The notes below the pieces were generated by a model. The model saw nothing but the letters and a program-made list of their open reading frames with translations. It ran no database searches and was not told the DNA's origin. DNA of 33,933 nucleotides, filler included, from an uncultured virus (IMG/VR IMGVR_UViG_3300010964_000005) (Duplodnaviria > Heunggongvirae > Uroviricota > Caudoviricetes). It is 2 parts of one record of this genome, joined end to end, with 100 filler letters (N's around TTAATTAATTAA, not from the genome) between each part and the next. Parts side by side here need not be neighbours in the genome. Positions count along the whole stretch, not along the records: positions 1 to 11,724 come from IMGVR_UViG_3300010964_000005; 1 more part is not named here. One strand, written 5' to 3'. Position numbers and translations under genes: made by a program. Of this stretch, positions 1 to 9,227 are shown one piece after another (position 1 is the stretch's first letter; the number at the start of each line of letters is the position of its first letter).

Positions 1-996
1 CGCCATCTCCTCGCACGTCCGGCGCCGCGGGCGCCGCTGCCCGCCCCCGGCCCGCTGCGCGGCGTTGGGGGGCTCGCCTCCGAGCCGCTGGAGAGCTGGG
101 GGCTGGAGCCCAAGGCGCCCGACTGGGCGGCCGGCTTCCGGGCGCTGTGGACGCCCGGCGAGGCCGGCGCGCAAGCCCGGCTCGCCGCGTTCCTGGACAA
201 CGGCCTCGCCGGTTATGCGACGCTGCGCGACCGCCCCGACCGGCCGGCGACGTCGCGGCTCTCGCCGCATCTGCGCTTCGGCGAGATCAGCCCGTTCCAG
301 GTCTGGGCCGCCGCGTCGCTCGCCCGCGAGGCGCCGCGCGGCGCCCGACCGAGCGGCGCGGACATCGACAAGTTCCTGGCCGAAGTGGCGTGGCGCGAGT
401 TCTCGTACCACCTGCTGGCCCACCACCCGGAGCTCGCGACGCGCAGCTTCCAGCCGCGCTTCGACGCCTTCCCGTGGCGTGACGACCCCGCGGGCTTGCG
501 CGCCTGGCAGCGCGGCGAGACCGGCTACCCGATCGTCGACGCCGGCATGCGCGAGCTGTGGCGCACCGGCTGGATGCACAACCGCGTCCGCATGGTGGTC
601 GCCTCGTTCCTGGTCAAGCACCTGCTGATCGACTGGCGCGAAGGCGAACGCTGGTTCTGGGACACGCTGGTCGATGCCGATCCGGCCAACAATCCGGCGA
701 GCTGGCAGTGGGTGGCGGGCTCCGGCGCCGACGCGGCGCCCTATTTCCGCATCTTCAATCCGGTGCTCCAGGGAGAAAAGTTCGATCCCGACGGCGCCTA
801 TGTGAAGGAGAACATTCCGGCGCTCGCCGACGTGCCGGCGAGCCTGATCCACAAGCCGTTCACCGCACCGCCGCTGCTGCTGCGCCAGGCCGGGGTGACG
901 CTCGGCGAGACCTATCCGCATCCGCTCGTCGATCACGCGAAGGCCCGCGCGCGGGCGCTCGACGCGCTCGCGACCATCAAGGCGACGGAGCGCTGA
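1..996 (+). CDS. phrB: DNA photolyase (CPD photolyase/cryptochrome family), 5'-truncated
   Basis: Frame 1 is open from base 1. Motifs TSRLSPHLRFGEISP, WREFSYHLL, TGYPIVDAGMRELWRTGWMHNRVRM and WQWVAGSGADAAPYFRIFNP (FAD-binding domain). Confidence 0.95.
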   Translation, partial: RHLLARPAPRAPLPAPGPLRGVGGLASEPLESWGLEPKAPDWAAGFRALWTPGEAGAQARLAAFLDNGLAGYATLRDRPDRPATSRLSPHLRFGEISPFQVWAAASLAREAPRGARPSGADIDKFLAEVAWREFSYHLLAHHPELATRSFQPRFDAFPWRDDPAGLRAWQRGETGYPIVDAGMRELWRTGWMHNRVRMVVASFLVKHLLIDWREGERWFWDTLVDADPANNPASWQWVAGSGADAAPYFRIFNPVLQGEKFDPDGAYVKENIPALADVPASLIHKPFTAPPLLLRQAGVTLGETYPHPLVDHAKARARALDALATIKATER

Positions 997-1081
997 CGCG
1001 GTGCGATCCGTCGCGGCCGGGCGGCTTGTTCGGGCGCGCCGCGCCCGATAGGCTCGTCCTCTCACATCGACGGGACGGATC

Positions 1082-2119
1082 ATGCAGGTTCACGACGGCA
1101 TCGTGGCGGCGATCGGCAACACGCCGCTGATCAAGCTCAGGCGCGCCTCCGAGGCGACCGGCTGCACCATCCTGGGCAAGGCCGAGTTCATGAATCCGGG
1201 CCAGTCCGTGAAGGACCGCGCGGCGCTGTTCATCATCGAGGACGCGGTGGCGCGCGGCGACCTGAAGCCCGGCGGCGTCATCGTCGAAGGCACCGCCGGC
1301 AACACCGGCATCGGCCTCACCATGGTGGCGCGCGCCCTAGGCTTCCGCACCGTGATCGTGATTCCGGAGACGCAGAGCCAGGAGAAGAAGGACACGCTTC
1401 GCGCCTACGGGGCCGAGCTCGTCGAGGTGCCGGCGGTGCCCTATGCCAACCCGAACAACTACGTGAAGGTGTCGGGCCGGCTCGCCGCCGAGCTGGCCGA
1501 GCGCGAGCCGAACGGCGCCGTGTGGGCCAACCAGTTCGACAACACGGCGAACCGCAACGGCCACATCCGCACCACCGGCCCGGAGATCTGGGAGCAGACC
1601 GGCGGCCGCATCGACGGCTTCGTCAGCGCGGTCGGCACCGGCGGCACGCTGGCCGGCATCGCCATGGCGCTCAAGGCGCGCCGCAAGGACATCACCATCG
1701 CGCTCGCCGATCCGCCCGGCGCCGCGCTCTACAGCTTCTACACCACCGGCGTGCTGAAGGCGGAGGGCTCGTCCATCACCGAAGGCATCGGCCAGGGCCG
1801 CATCACCAAGAATCTCGACGGCGCGCCGATCGACGTCGCCTTCCAGATTCCGGACGGCGAGGCGGTCGGCATGGTGTTCGACCTGATCGCCCACGAGGGC
1901 CTGTGCCTCGGCGGCTCCTCGGGCGTCAACGTCGCCGGCGCCATCCGGCTGGCGCGCGAACTCGGGCCGGGCAAGACCATCGTGACGATCCTGTGCGACT
2001 ACGGCACGCGCTACCAGTCACGGCTGTTCAACCCGGAGTTCCTGCGCTCCAAGAACCTGCCGGTGCCGGAATGGCTGATCCGGCCGCCGCGCCAGGACAT
2101 CCCCTTCGCCCATGCCTGA
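1082..2119 (+). CDS. cysK: Cysteine synthase A (PLP-dependent O-acetylserine sulfhydrylase)
   Basis: IGNTPLIKL, KAEFMNPGQSVKDR (PLP lysine), EGTAGNTGIG, GTGGT, EGIG, GxSSG. Confidence 0.93.
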   Translation: MQVHDGIVAAIGNTPLIKLRRASEATGCTILGKAEFMNPGQSVKDRAALFIIEDAVARGDLKPGGVIVEGTAGNTGIGLTMVARALGFRTVIVIPETQSQEKKDTLRAYGAELVEVPAVPYANPNNYVKVSGRLAAELAEREPNGAVWANQFDNTANRNGHIRTTGPEIWEQTGGRIDGFVSAVGTGGTLAGIAMALKARRKDITIALADPPGAALYSFYTTGVLKAEGSSITEGIGQGRITKNLDGAPIDVAFQIPDGEAVGMVFDLIAHEGLCLGGSSGVNVAGAIRLARELGPGKTIVTILCDYGTRYQSRLFNPEFLRSKNLPVPEWLIRPPRQDIPFAHA

Positions 2120-2188
2120 ACCAAGCAAGTGAACGAGGCGAGTGAGCGAGCCGGTCGCGCGACGATGCGGGCCGGCCTCGCGGCCGCC

Positions 2189-2344
2189 TCACTTGATGAA
2201 GTGATAGATGTTGTTGAGGCCGATCAGGCCGACCACGATCAGATAGATGGCGACCACATAGTTCAGCAGCCGCGGCATGATCAGGATCAGCACGCCGGCG
2301 ACGAGCGCGACGAGCGGCGAGATGTGGGCGGCCGTGAGGGTCAT
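2189..2344 (-). CDS. Small membrane protein, DUF3096 family (51 aa; not in the supplied ORF track)
   Basis: Manual translation MTLTAAHISPLVALVAGVLILIMPRLLNYVVAIYLIVVGLIGLNNIYHFIK; AGGAG RBS upstream; GxLILIxPRLLNYxVAxYLI pattern of DUF3096. Confidence 0.85.
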   Translation of the reverse strand: MTLTAAHISPLVALVAGVLILIMPRLLNYVVAIYLIVVGLIGLNNIYHFIK

Positions 2345-2541
2345 GGGGCTCTCTCCTGGTGGGACGGCAGGCGGTGCCGCGTTCCGACAACGCGATACCG
2401 CCGTGCCGGTTCATTCGCTCCGCCAGAAATCGCCGACGGCACCAGGGCACGGGACAGACCGCCGGCGCCGGCCCGTCTCGACGGCCGCGCCGAACGGCGC
2501 TACCACCAGACATCCACCGACCGGAGCGAGCGAGCCTGCCG

Positions 2542-3312
2542 ATGTCGACCGAGCCGACGACCAGCGTGCCGATGCCGACCGACTGCCTCTTCCGTGACGA
2601 CGCTTATCGGCGCGACTGCACCGCGACCGTGGTGGCGATCCGACCCGACGGCGGCATCGTGGTCGACCGCACGGTGTTCTACGCCGCCTCGGGGGGCCAG
2701 CCGGGCGACCGCGGCACGCTGACCACGGCGGAGGGCATCACCATCCCGATCGAGACCGCCGTCTACACCGACCCGCTCAAGACCGAGATCGCCCATCTTC
2801 CGGTGAAGCCCGATGGCGACGCCGTGGCGGCGCCCGTCGTAATGCTCGCGCCCGGCGACACGGTGCGGCTCGCGATCGACTGGGAGCTGCGGCATGGCCG
2901 CATGCGCATCCATACGGCGCTGCATCTCCTGTCCGCCGTGCTGCCTTATGCCGTCACCGGCGGCTCGGTCGGCGACCAGGACGGCCGGCTCGACTTCGAC
3001 ATCCCGGATGCCGGGCTCGACAAGGACGCCATCACCGAGAAGCTCGCCGGCATGATCGCTCAGGATGCCGCGGTGACGAGCCGCTGGATCACCGACGAGG
3101 AACTCGCCGCCAACCCGGGGCTGGTGAAGACTATGTCGGTGAAGCCGCCGATGGGCACCGGGCGGGTGCGGCTGATCGAGATCGCCGGCCTCGATCTCCA
3201 GCCCTGCGGCGGCACCCATGTGGCGCGGACCGCCGAGATCGGCGCCGTGCGGGTCACCCAGATCGAGAAGAAGGGCAAGATCAACCGCCGCGTCCGCATC
3301 GCGTTCGCCTGA
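2542..3312 (+). CDS. alaX: Alanyl-tRNA editing protein (AlaX/AlaXp)
   Basis: TVFYAASGGQPGDRG, zinc motifs MRIHTALHLL and QPCGGTHV. Start is 2542 or 2572. Confidence 0.9.
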   Translation: MSTEPTTSVPMPTDCLFRDDAYRRDCTATVVAIRPDGGIVVDRTVFYAASGGQPGDRGTLTTAEGITIPIETAVYTDPLKTEIAHLPVKPDGDAVAAPVVMLAPGDTVRLAIDWELRHGRMRIHTALHLLSAVLPYAVTGGSVGDQDGRLDFDIPDAGLDKDAITEKLAGMIAQDAAVTSRWITDEELAANPGLVKTMSVKPPMGTGRVRLIEIAGLDLQPCGGTHVARTAEIGAVRVTQIEKKGKINRRVRIAFA

Positions 3313-3379
3313 ACGGCGCGCCGGCTCGCCGGTGCGCCGCGGCGCTCTCGTTCCTCGTCCACAGCGAAAGCCAACCACC

Positions 3380-4246
3380 ATGACGGCTCCGTCCGTTGCG
3401 TCCTCCGCCTCCCCGTTCGTCTCCACCGCCTGGCTCGCCGAAAGGCTCGGCGCGGCCGACATCGTGGTGCTCGACGCCTCGTACTACCTGCCCACGCAGA
3501 AGCGCGATGCCGACGCCGAGTACCGGGCCGGCCACATCCCGGGAGCGCTGCGCTTCGACATCGATGCGGTCGCCGACAAGACCACGGCGCTGCCCCACAT
3601 GATGCCGAGCGCCGCCGCGTTCGCCGCCGCGGTCGGCGCCATGGGCATCTCCGAGCGCGACACCGTCGTGGTCTATGACGGGCTCGGCCTGTTCTCGGCG
3701 CCGCGGGTGTGGTGGACGTTCCGGCTGTTCGGCGCCCGCGCGGTGTTCGTGCTGGAGGGCGGCCTGCCGCGCTGGGTGGCGGAGGGCCGGCCGCTGGAGA
3801 CCGGCACGGCGACGCGAGCGCCGACGACCTTCGCGGTCCGCACGCCGCCCGACGTGATCGCCGACGTCGCCCGGGTGCAGCGGACCCTCGCCGAGGGCAG
3901 CGCCCAGGTGGTGGATGCGCGCGCCGCCGACCGCTTCCGCGGCGAGGCGCCGGAGCCGCGCCCCGGCCTGCCCTCCGGCCATATCCCGGGCTCGCTCAAC
4001 GTGCCGCACGCCACGTTGGTGCGCGACGGAACGCTGAAGCCGGCCGACGAGCTCGCCGCCGCGTTCGCGGCGGGTGGGGTCGATCTCGACAGGCCGGTGC
4101 TGACCTCGTGCGGCTCGGGCGTCTCGGCCGCGGTGCTGTGGCTGGCGCTGCACACACTCGGCCGCGAGCCGGTCGCCCTCTACGACGGCTCGTGGACCGA
4201 ATGGGCCGGCCGCGGCGACTTGCCGATCGCGACTGGCGCGGAGTGA
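3380..4246 (+). CDS. sseA: 3-mercaptopyruvate sulfurtransferase (tandem rhodanese)
   Basis: VSTAWLAERL, GHIPGA, LPHMMP, RVWWTF, catalytic CGSGVSA, YDGSWTEW. Confidence 0.93.
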   Translation: MTAPSVASSASPFVSTAWLAERLGAADIVVLDASYYLPTQKRDADAEYRAGHIPGALRFDIDAVADKTTALPHMMPSAAAFAAAVGAMGISERDTVVVYDGLGLFSAPRVWWTFRLFGARAVFVLEGGLPRWVAEGRPLETGTATRAPTTFAVRTPPDVIADVARVQRTLAEGSAQVVDARAADRFRGEAPEPRPGLPSGHIPGSLNVPHATLVRDGTLKPADELAAAFAAGGVDLDRPVLTSCGSGVSAAVLWLALHTLGREPVALYDGSWTEWAGRGDLPIATGAE

Positions 4247-4277
4247 TCGATACGAGATCCGGCTGTTCCATTCGGCG

Positions 4278-4406
4278 GTCATTCCGGAAGCCGCTGTCCG
4301 GAATCCAGCCGAGAGCGCCGAGTTTGCCGTTGGATTCCGGACTCGCCGCGGAGCCTGCGCCCGGACGACGCGAAGCGCCGATCCGGGTGCGACGCCCCGG
4401 GATGAC
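4278..4406. repeat. REP/RIME-like palindromic element, type 1 (GTCATTCCGG...CCGGGATGAC)
   Basis: Terminal inverted repeats GTCATTCCGG / CCGGGATGAC with inner pair CCGGAATCCA / TGGATTCCGG; lies between convergent sseA and aapP. Confidence 0.75.
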
Positions 4407-4440
4407 GGCGCACCGATGACCCGGACACATTAGGAAGCCT

Positions 4441-4596
4441 CGTGTCCCGCACGCGACGCGACGCGCCAGCGTTGCGCCCGCAGATGCGGGACCTATCACG
4501 CCGGACTCATGGTCTCCGACACGAAGGATTTGGGTCCCGGATCAGCGGTGCTGCACCGTGACGCCAAGCGCCACGCTGCATCGCATCCGGGACACG
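4441..4596. repeat. REP-like palindromic element, type 2 (CGTGTCCCG...CGGGACACG)
   Basis: Terminal inverted repeats CGTGTCCCG / CGGGACACG and inner CGGGACC / GGTCCCG. Confidence 0.7.
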
Positions 4597-4620
4597 GGGC
4601 CGAGACCGCCAAAGCCCCTC

Positions 4621-4722
4621 GAGCGAAATCCGATCCAACTGGATCGGTTTCCGCTCTGGACGTTCTCGCGTAATCGCATTTTCAACGGCGAACCGGAGTC
4701 CACTTCGCCGGAAAATGCTCTA
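4621..4722. repeat. Bru-RS/RIME-like palindromic element(s) overlapping the aapP stop codon
   Basis: Hairpin GAGCGAAATCCGATCC-AACT-GGATCGGTTTCCGCTC (4621-4656), plus GCATTTTC...GAAAATGC (minus strand TAGAGCATTTTCCGGCGAAGTGG...), whose TAG is the aapP stop. Confidence 0.65.
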
Positions 4723-5505
4723 CCCGAGAATCTGCCCGAGGAACGTCCTGGTCCGCTCGTGACGCGGATTGGTGAAGAACTCGGCCGGCGTGTTGATCTC
4801 GACGATCTGGCCCTCGTCCATGAACACCACGCGGTCGGCCACCTGGCGGGCGAAGCCCATCTCGTGAGTGACGCACAGCATGGTCATGCCGGTCTCGGCG
4901 AGCGACACCATGGTGTCGAGCACCTCCTTGACCATCTCGGGATCGAGCGCCGAGGTCGGCTCGTCGAACATCATGATCTTCGGCGCCATGCAGAGCGAGC
5001 GGGCAATGGCGACGCGCTGCTGCTGGCCGCCGGAGAGCTGCGCCGGATACTTGTGGGCCTGCTCCGGGATGCGCACGCGGGCGAGATACCGCATGGCGAT
5101 CTCCTCGGCCTCCTTGCGCGGCATCTTGCGGACATGGATCGGCGCCAGCGTGCAATTCTCCAGCACGGTCAGGTGCGGGAACAGGTTGAACTGCTGGAAC
5201 ACCATGCCGACCTCGCGGCGCACCTCGTCGATGCGCTTGAGGTCGTCGGTGACGCTGACGCCGTCGACCACGATCGAGCCGCGCTGGAACGGCTCCAGCG
5301 CGTTGATGCAGCGGATCAGCGTCGACTTGCCGGAGCCGGACGGCCCGCAGATGACGATGCGCTCGCCGCGCGCCACCTCGAGGTTCACGTCGGCCAGCAC
5401 CTGGAACTCGCCGTACCACTTGTAGAGGCCGCTGATCAGCACGGCCGGCCCGTCGGCGGTGGTCGCCGGGGTGTCGCGCGCGATCGTCTCGGCGGTCGAG
5501 CTCAT
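4720..5505 (-). CDS. aapP: General L-amino acid ABC transporter ATP-binding protein
   Basis: Walker [22 protein letters not shown] signature, Walker [20 protein letters not shown] before ATG at 5505. Confidence 0.92.
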   Translation of the reverse strand: MSSTAETIARDTPATTADGPAVLISGLYKWYGEFQVLADVNLEVARGERIVICGPSGSGKSTLIRCINALEPFQRGSIVVDGVSVTDDLKRIDEVRREVGMVFQQFNLFPHLTVLENCTLAPIHVRKMPRKEAEEIAMRYLARVRIPEQAHKYPAQLSGGQQQRVAIARSLCMAPKIMMFDEPTSALDPEMVKEVLDTMVSLAETGMTMLCVTHEMGFARQVADRVVFMDEGQIVEINTPAEFFTNPRHERTRTFLGQILG

Positions 5506-5515
5506 GGTGGCACTC

Positions 5516-6679
5516 CTAACGGCGATCGCCGGCGGCCAGCCGCCGCTCGATCCCGGTCGCGTAGCGCGACATGAAATGGCAGGCGACGAAGTAGAAGATC
5601 GCCGCGAAGGCATAGCCGGTGGTGCTGGTCACCGGCGTCGCCCAGTTGGGATCGACGCGAGCGATCTCGATGGTGCGCAGGAAGTCGAAGATGCCGACGA
5701 AGAACACCAGCGTCGTGTCCTTGAACAGGGCAATGGTGTTGTTGACGATGTTCGGGATGGTGACGCGCAGCGCCTGCGGCAGCACCACCAGGCCGAGCAT
5801 GCGCCAGTAGCCGAGGCCCAGCGCGTTCGCCGCCTCGTACTGCCCCTTGGGGATCGACTGGAGGCCGGCCCGCACCACCTCGGCCATGTAGGCGGACGCG
5901 AAGATCGCGATGCCGACCAGCGCCCGCAGCAGCTTGTCGGGCGACCAGGCGGGCGGCACGAACAGCGGCAGCATCACGCTCGCCATGAACAGCACCGTGA
6001 TCAGCGGCACGCCGCGCACCAGCTCGATGAAGCCGATCGAGAACAGCCGCACCGCCGGCATCGTCGAGCGCCGCCCGAGCGCCAGCAGGATGCCGGCCGG
6101 CAGCGACACCACGATGCCGACCGACGCCACCACCAGCGTCACCAGCAGGCCGCCCCACGAGGCGGTGTCCACCGTCGGCAGCCCGATGGCCGGAAAGCCG
6201 CTGAGCAGCACGAAGGACACCACCGGCAGCACCAGGAAGAAGAAGGCGGCGCCGAGGCCGCGCCGCGGCGCATCGAGCCACAGCAGCCAGGCGGTGCCAA
6301 AGGCGAGCAGCGCGAAGAACACGTCGACCCGCCATCGCTCGGCCATCGGATATGGGCCGTAGATGAAGAACGAGAACCAGGTGCGCACGAAGGCCCAGCA
6401 GGCGCCCGGATCGGGATTGGCGACGCTCGGCAGGCAGGCGTCGCGGCTCGCCCCCATCCACACCGCATCGATAAACAGGAAGCGCACCAGCGGCGGCACC
6501 GTCCACACGAATAGCAGCACCACCAGGAGCGTCAGCAGCCCGTTGAACGGCGTCGGGAACAGATTGGTGCGGACCCAGTGCAGCGGCCCACCCGGCAGCG
6601 GCGGCCGCGGCACCCGCGGGGCCGGCGTGGTGCGCACGAAGGCGACGCTCTTGTGGGCCGGCATGGCGAGATCGGTCAT
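5516..6679 (-). CDS. aapM: General L-amino acid ABC transporter permease
   Basis: Multi-TM protein; [10 protein letters not shown] and [27 protein letters not shown] (EAA loop); operon position. Confidence 0.9.
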   Translation of the reverse strand: MTDLAMPAHKSVAFVRTTPAPRVPRPPLPGGPLHWVRTNLFPTPFNGLLTLLVVLLFVWTVPPLVRFLFIDAVWMGASRDACLPSVANPDPGACWAFVRTWFSFFIYGPYPMAERWRVDVFFALLAFGTAWLLWLDAPRRGLGAAFFFLVLPVVSFVLLSGFPAIGLPTVDTASWGGLLVTLVVASVGIVVSLPAGILLALGRRSTMPAVRLFSIGFIELVRGVPLITVLFMASVMLPLFVPPAWSPDKLLRALVGIAIFASAYMAEVVRAGLQSIPKGQYEAANALGLGYWRMLGLVVLPQALRVTIPNIVNNTIALFKDTTLVFFVGIFDFLRTIEIARVDPNWATPVTSTTGYAFAAIFYFVACHFMSRYATGIERRLAAGDRR

Positions 6680-6686
6680 GGCGCCC

Positions 6687-7865
6687 TCACCGCTCCGTCG
6701 GGGTGATCCAGGCGTTGTAGCCGTTCATCAGCGCCGAGGTGGCGAGGCTGATGGTGAGATACACCGCCATGGTGATGACCACGACTTCGATCGCCTGGCC
6801 GGTGTTGTTGAGCACCGTGCCGGTGAAGATCTGCACGAGGTCCGGGTAACCGATCGCGACCGCCAGCGACGAGTTCTTGGTGAGGTTCAGGTACTGGTTG
6901 GTGAGCGGCGGCACGATCACCCGCATGGCCTGGGGCACGATGACGAGCCGCAGCGTGGCGCCGCGGCGCAGGCCGAGCGCATGGGCCGCCTCGGTCTGCC
7001 CCTTCGGCACCGCCATCAGGCCGGCCCGCACCGCCTCGGCGATGAAGGCGGCCGTGTAGATCGACAGGCCGAGCAGCAGCGCCACGAACTCCGGCAGCAC
7101 CTCGAGGCCACCCCGGATGTTGAAGCGCCCCATCTCGGGGACCGTGAAGGAGACCGTCGAGCCGGCCACCAAAGCGGCGACGAGCGGCGGCGTGACGATC
7201 AGCAGCAGCGTGACGACGACGCGCGGCGCACCGCGCCCGAGCGCCCCGAGCCGCTCGCGCACGAGGCCGAACGCGACGGCGGCGGCGAGACCGCCGAGCA
7301 GCGCGGCGAGCACTGGCCCGCCGGCCGTCACCTGCGGGTCGGGCAGGAACAGGCCGCGGTTGTTGAGGAAGCCGCCGCCCGGCACCGCGATGCTGCCGCG
7401 AATGTCGGGCAACGCCTTGAGCACGGCGTTGTACCAGAACAGCAGTTGGAGCAGCAGCGGGATGTTGCGGATCAGCTCGACGAACCAGCCGGCCAGCTTG
7501 GCCACCAGGTAGTTCTGCGACAGCCGGGCGATGCCGACCGTGAAGCCGAGCACGGTGGCGAGCACGATGCCGAGCCCGGCCACCAGCAGCGTGTTGAGCA
7601 GCCCGACCCAGAAGGCCCGCCCATAGGTCGACGCCTGCGCCGAGTAGGCGATCAGCGTCTGGCTGATGTCGAAGCCGGCGGTGACATTCCAGAACCCGAA
7701 GCCCGACGCGATCTTGGCACGCGCCAGGTTCTCGGTGACGTTGACGATGGCGAACCAGGCGAGTGCGGCGACCGCCAGGCACAGCAGCACCTGCCACAGC
7801 AGGCTGCGCACCCGGGGCCGCCGCCACAGCGGCACGGTGGGGGCCGCGGAGCCGGCGCGGGACAT
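6687..7865 (-). CDS. aapQ: General L-amino acid ABC transporter permease
   Basis: RNIPLLLQLLFWY, AEAVRAGLMAVPKGQTEAAHALGL, NLTKNSSLAVAIGYPDL. Confidence 0.9.
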   Translation of the reverse strand: MSRAGSAAPTVPLWRRPRVRSLLWQVLLCLAVAALAWFAIVNVTENLARAKIASGFGFWNVTAGFDISQTLIAYSAQASTYGRAFWVGLLNTLLVAGLGIVLATVLGFTVGIARLSQNYLVAKLAGWFVELIRNIPLLLQLLFWYNAVLKALPDIRGSIAVPGGGFLNNRGLFLPDPQVTAGGPVLAALLGGLAAAVAFGLVRERLGALGRGAPRVVVTLLLIVTPPLVAALVAGSTVSFTVPEMGRFNIRGGLEVLPEFVALLLGLSIYTAAFIAEAVRAGLMAVPKGQTEAAHALGLRRGATLRLVIVPQAMRVIVPPLTNQYLNLTKNSSLAVAIGYPDLVQIFTGTVLNNTGQAIEVVVITMAVYLTISLATSALMNGYNAWITPTER

Positions 7866-7892
7866 TGCGGGGTCTCCGTCGGCCGGCCCGGA

Positions 7893-8909
7893 TCAGCGCA
7901 CCGGCGGGGCGTAGTGAAGCCCGCCCTTGGTCCACAGAGCGTTCTGGCCGCGGCTGATCTTCAGCGGCGTGTTCTGCCCGATGGTGCGCTCGAACACCTC
8001 GCCGTAGTTGCCGACCAGCTTGACGATCCGCACCACCCAGTCCTTGGTCAGGCCGAGGGCCTCGCCGAAGTTCCCCTCGGTGCCGAGCAGCCGCTTGATC
8101 TCCGGATTGTCGGACTTGGCCTGCTCGTCGATGTTGGCCTTGGTGATGCCGAACTCCTCGGCGTTGAGCATCGCGAACACCACCCAGCGCACGATGTCGA
8201 ACCACTGGTCGTCACCGTGGCGCACGAAGGCGGCGAACGGCTCCTTGGAGATGATCTCGGGCAGCACCACATGCTCGTCCGGCCGCGCCAGCTTCAGGCG
8301 CACGCTGTAGAGCTGGGAGGCGTCGGTGGTGTAGGCGTCGCAGCGGCCGGTGTCGTACGCCTTCAGCGCCTCGTCGAGGGTCGCGAAGGTCACGCTCTTG
8401 AGCCGCATCTTGTTGGCGCGGAAGTAGTCGGAGAGGTTCAGCTCGGTGGTGGTGCCCTGCTGGACGCAGACGGCGGCGTCGTTGAGCTCCAGCGCCGAGT
8501 TGAGCTTGAGCGACTTCCTGACGATGAAGCCCTGGCCGTCGTAGTAATAGGTGCTCGTCGCGTTGAGGCCGAGTTGGGTGTCGCGCGACAGGGTCCAGGT
8601 CGTATTGCGAATCAGCACGTCGACGTCGCCGGCCTGGAGCGCGGTGAAGCGATCCTTGGCGGTCAGCGCCACGAACTTCACCTTGGTGGGATCGTTGAAG
8701 ATCGCCGCCGCCACCGCGCGGCACAGCTCGACATCGAAGCCGGTCCACACACCCTGGGCGTCCGGCATGGCGAAGCCCGGAAGCTGACCATTGGTGCCGC
8801 AGTTCAAGCTACCGCGCGCCTTGACGGTGTCGAGGGTCGCCGCCGAGGCGGGCGCGCCCGTCGTCAGGGCTGCGCACGCGGCGAGGATGGCGACGAATAC
8901 ACGTTTCAT
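7893..8909 (-). CDS. aapJ: General L-amino acid ABC transporter periplasmic binding protein
   Basis: Signal peptide MKRVFVAILAACAALTTGAPASA; TLDTVKARG, RNTTWTLSRD, YYDGQGF, GTTTELNL, GNYGEVFER, GLHYAPPVR. Confidence 0.92.
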   Translation of the reverse strand: MKRVFVAILAACAALTTGAPASAATLDTVKARGSLNCGTNGQLPGFAMPDAQGVWTGFDVELCRAVAAAIFNDPTKVKFVALTAKDRFTALQAGDVDVLIRNTTWTLSRDTQLGLNATSTYYYDGQGFIVRKSLKLNSALELNDAAVCVQQGTTTELNLSDYFRANKMRLKSVTFATLDEALKAYDTGRCDAYTTDASQLYSVRLKLARPDEHVVLPEIISKEPFAAFVRHGDDQWFDIVRWVVFAMLNAEEFGITKANIDEQAKSDNPEIKRLLGTEGNFGEALGLTKDWVVRIVKLVGNYGEVFERTIGQNTPLKISRGQNALWTKGGLHYAPPVR

Positions 8910-9227
8910 ATGCGCCTCATTGACAGTGCGAAATGGAGAGTGCATGGGCAGCATCCGACGGTTGCCCGGATACGTCCCGATGCATGACGTGCAGAAGCAC
9001 GACGTGACGAAGCATGTCTCGTGCCGAAGTGCTTCTCGTGTCGAAATGTCGCTGCACCGCAGCGCCAGCGAAGGCACTGCGGGGCCAGCGCCACAGCGCG
9101 TTTCGGGTCCGCATATCAGAACGAATGCCAACCCGGGTCAAGTGCTTGCGGGTCGCATGCCCGCTCCGGTAGAGGCTGCGCCGCGGCCCTGCCGACGCGC
9201 CTGATCGACCTGCGAGGATTGTCCGCC

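Noticed and set aside
4278..4722. CRISPR array or ncRNA
   Set aside because: No identical direct repeats with regular spacers, no cas genes and no recognisable RNA family; these are inverted-repeat elements.
6363..8987. 874-aa plus-strand ORF and other long ORFs opposite real genes (e.g. 13806-15668 -, 20804-22576 +, 25454-27112 +, 27407-28984 +, 31804-33099 +)
   Set aside because: Antisense shadow frames typical of high-GC coding DNA; no motifs, and they fully overlap well-supported genes.
9112..9132. Possible sigma54 promoter for aapJ (minus strand TTGGCATTCGTTCTGAT)
   Set aside because: The -12 position reads GA instead of the required GC.
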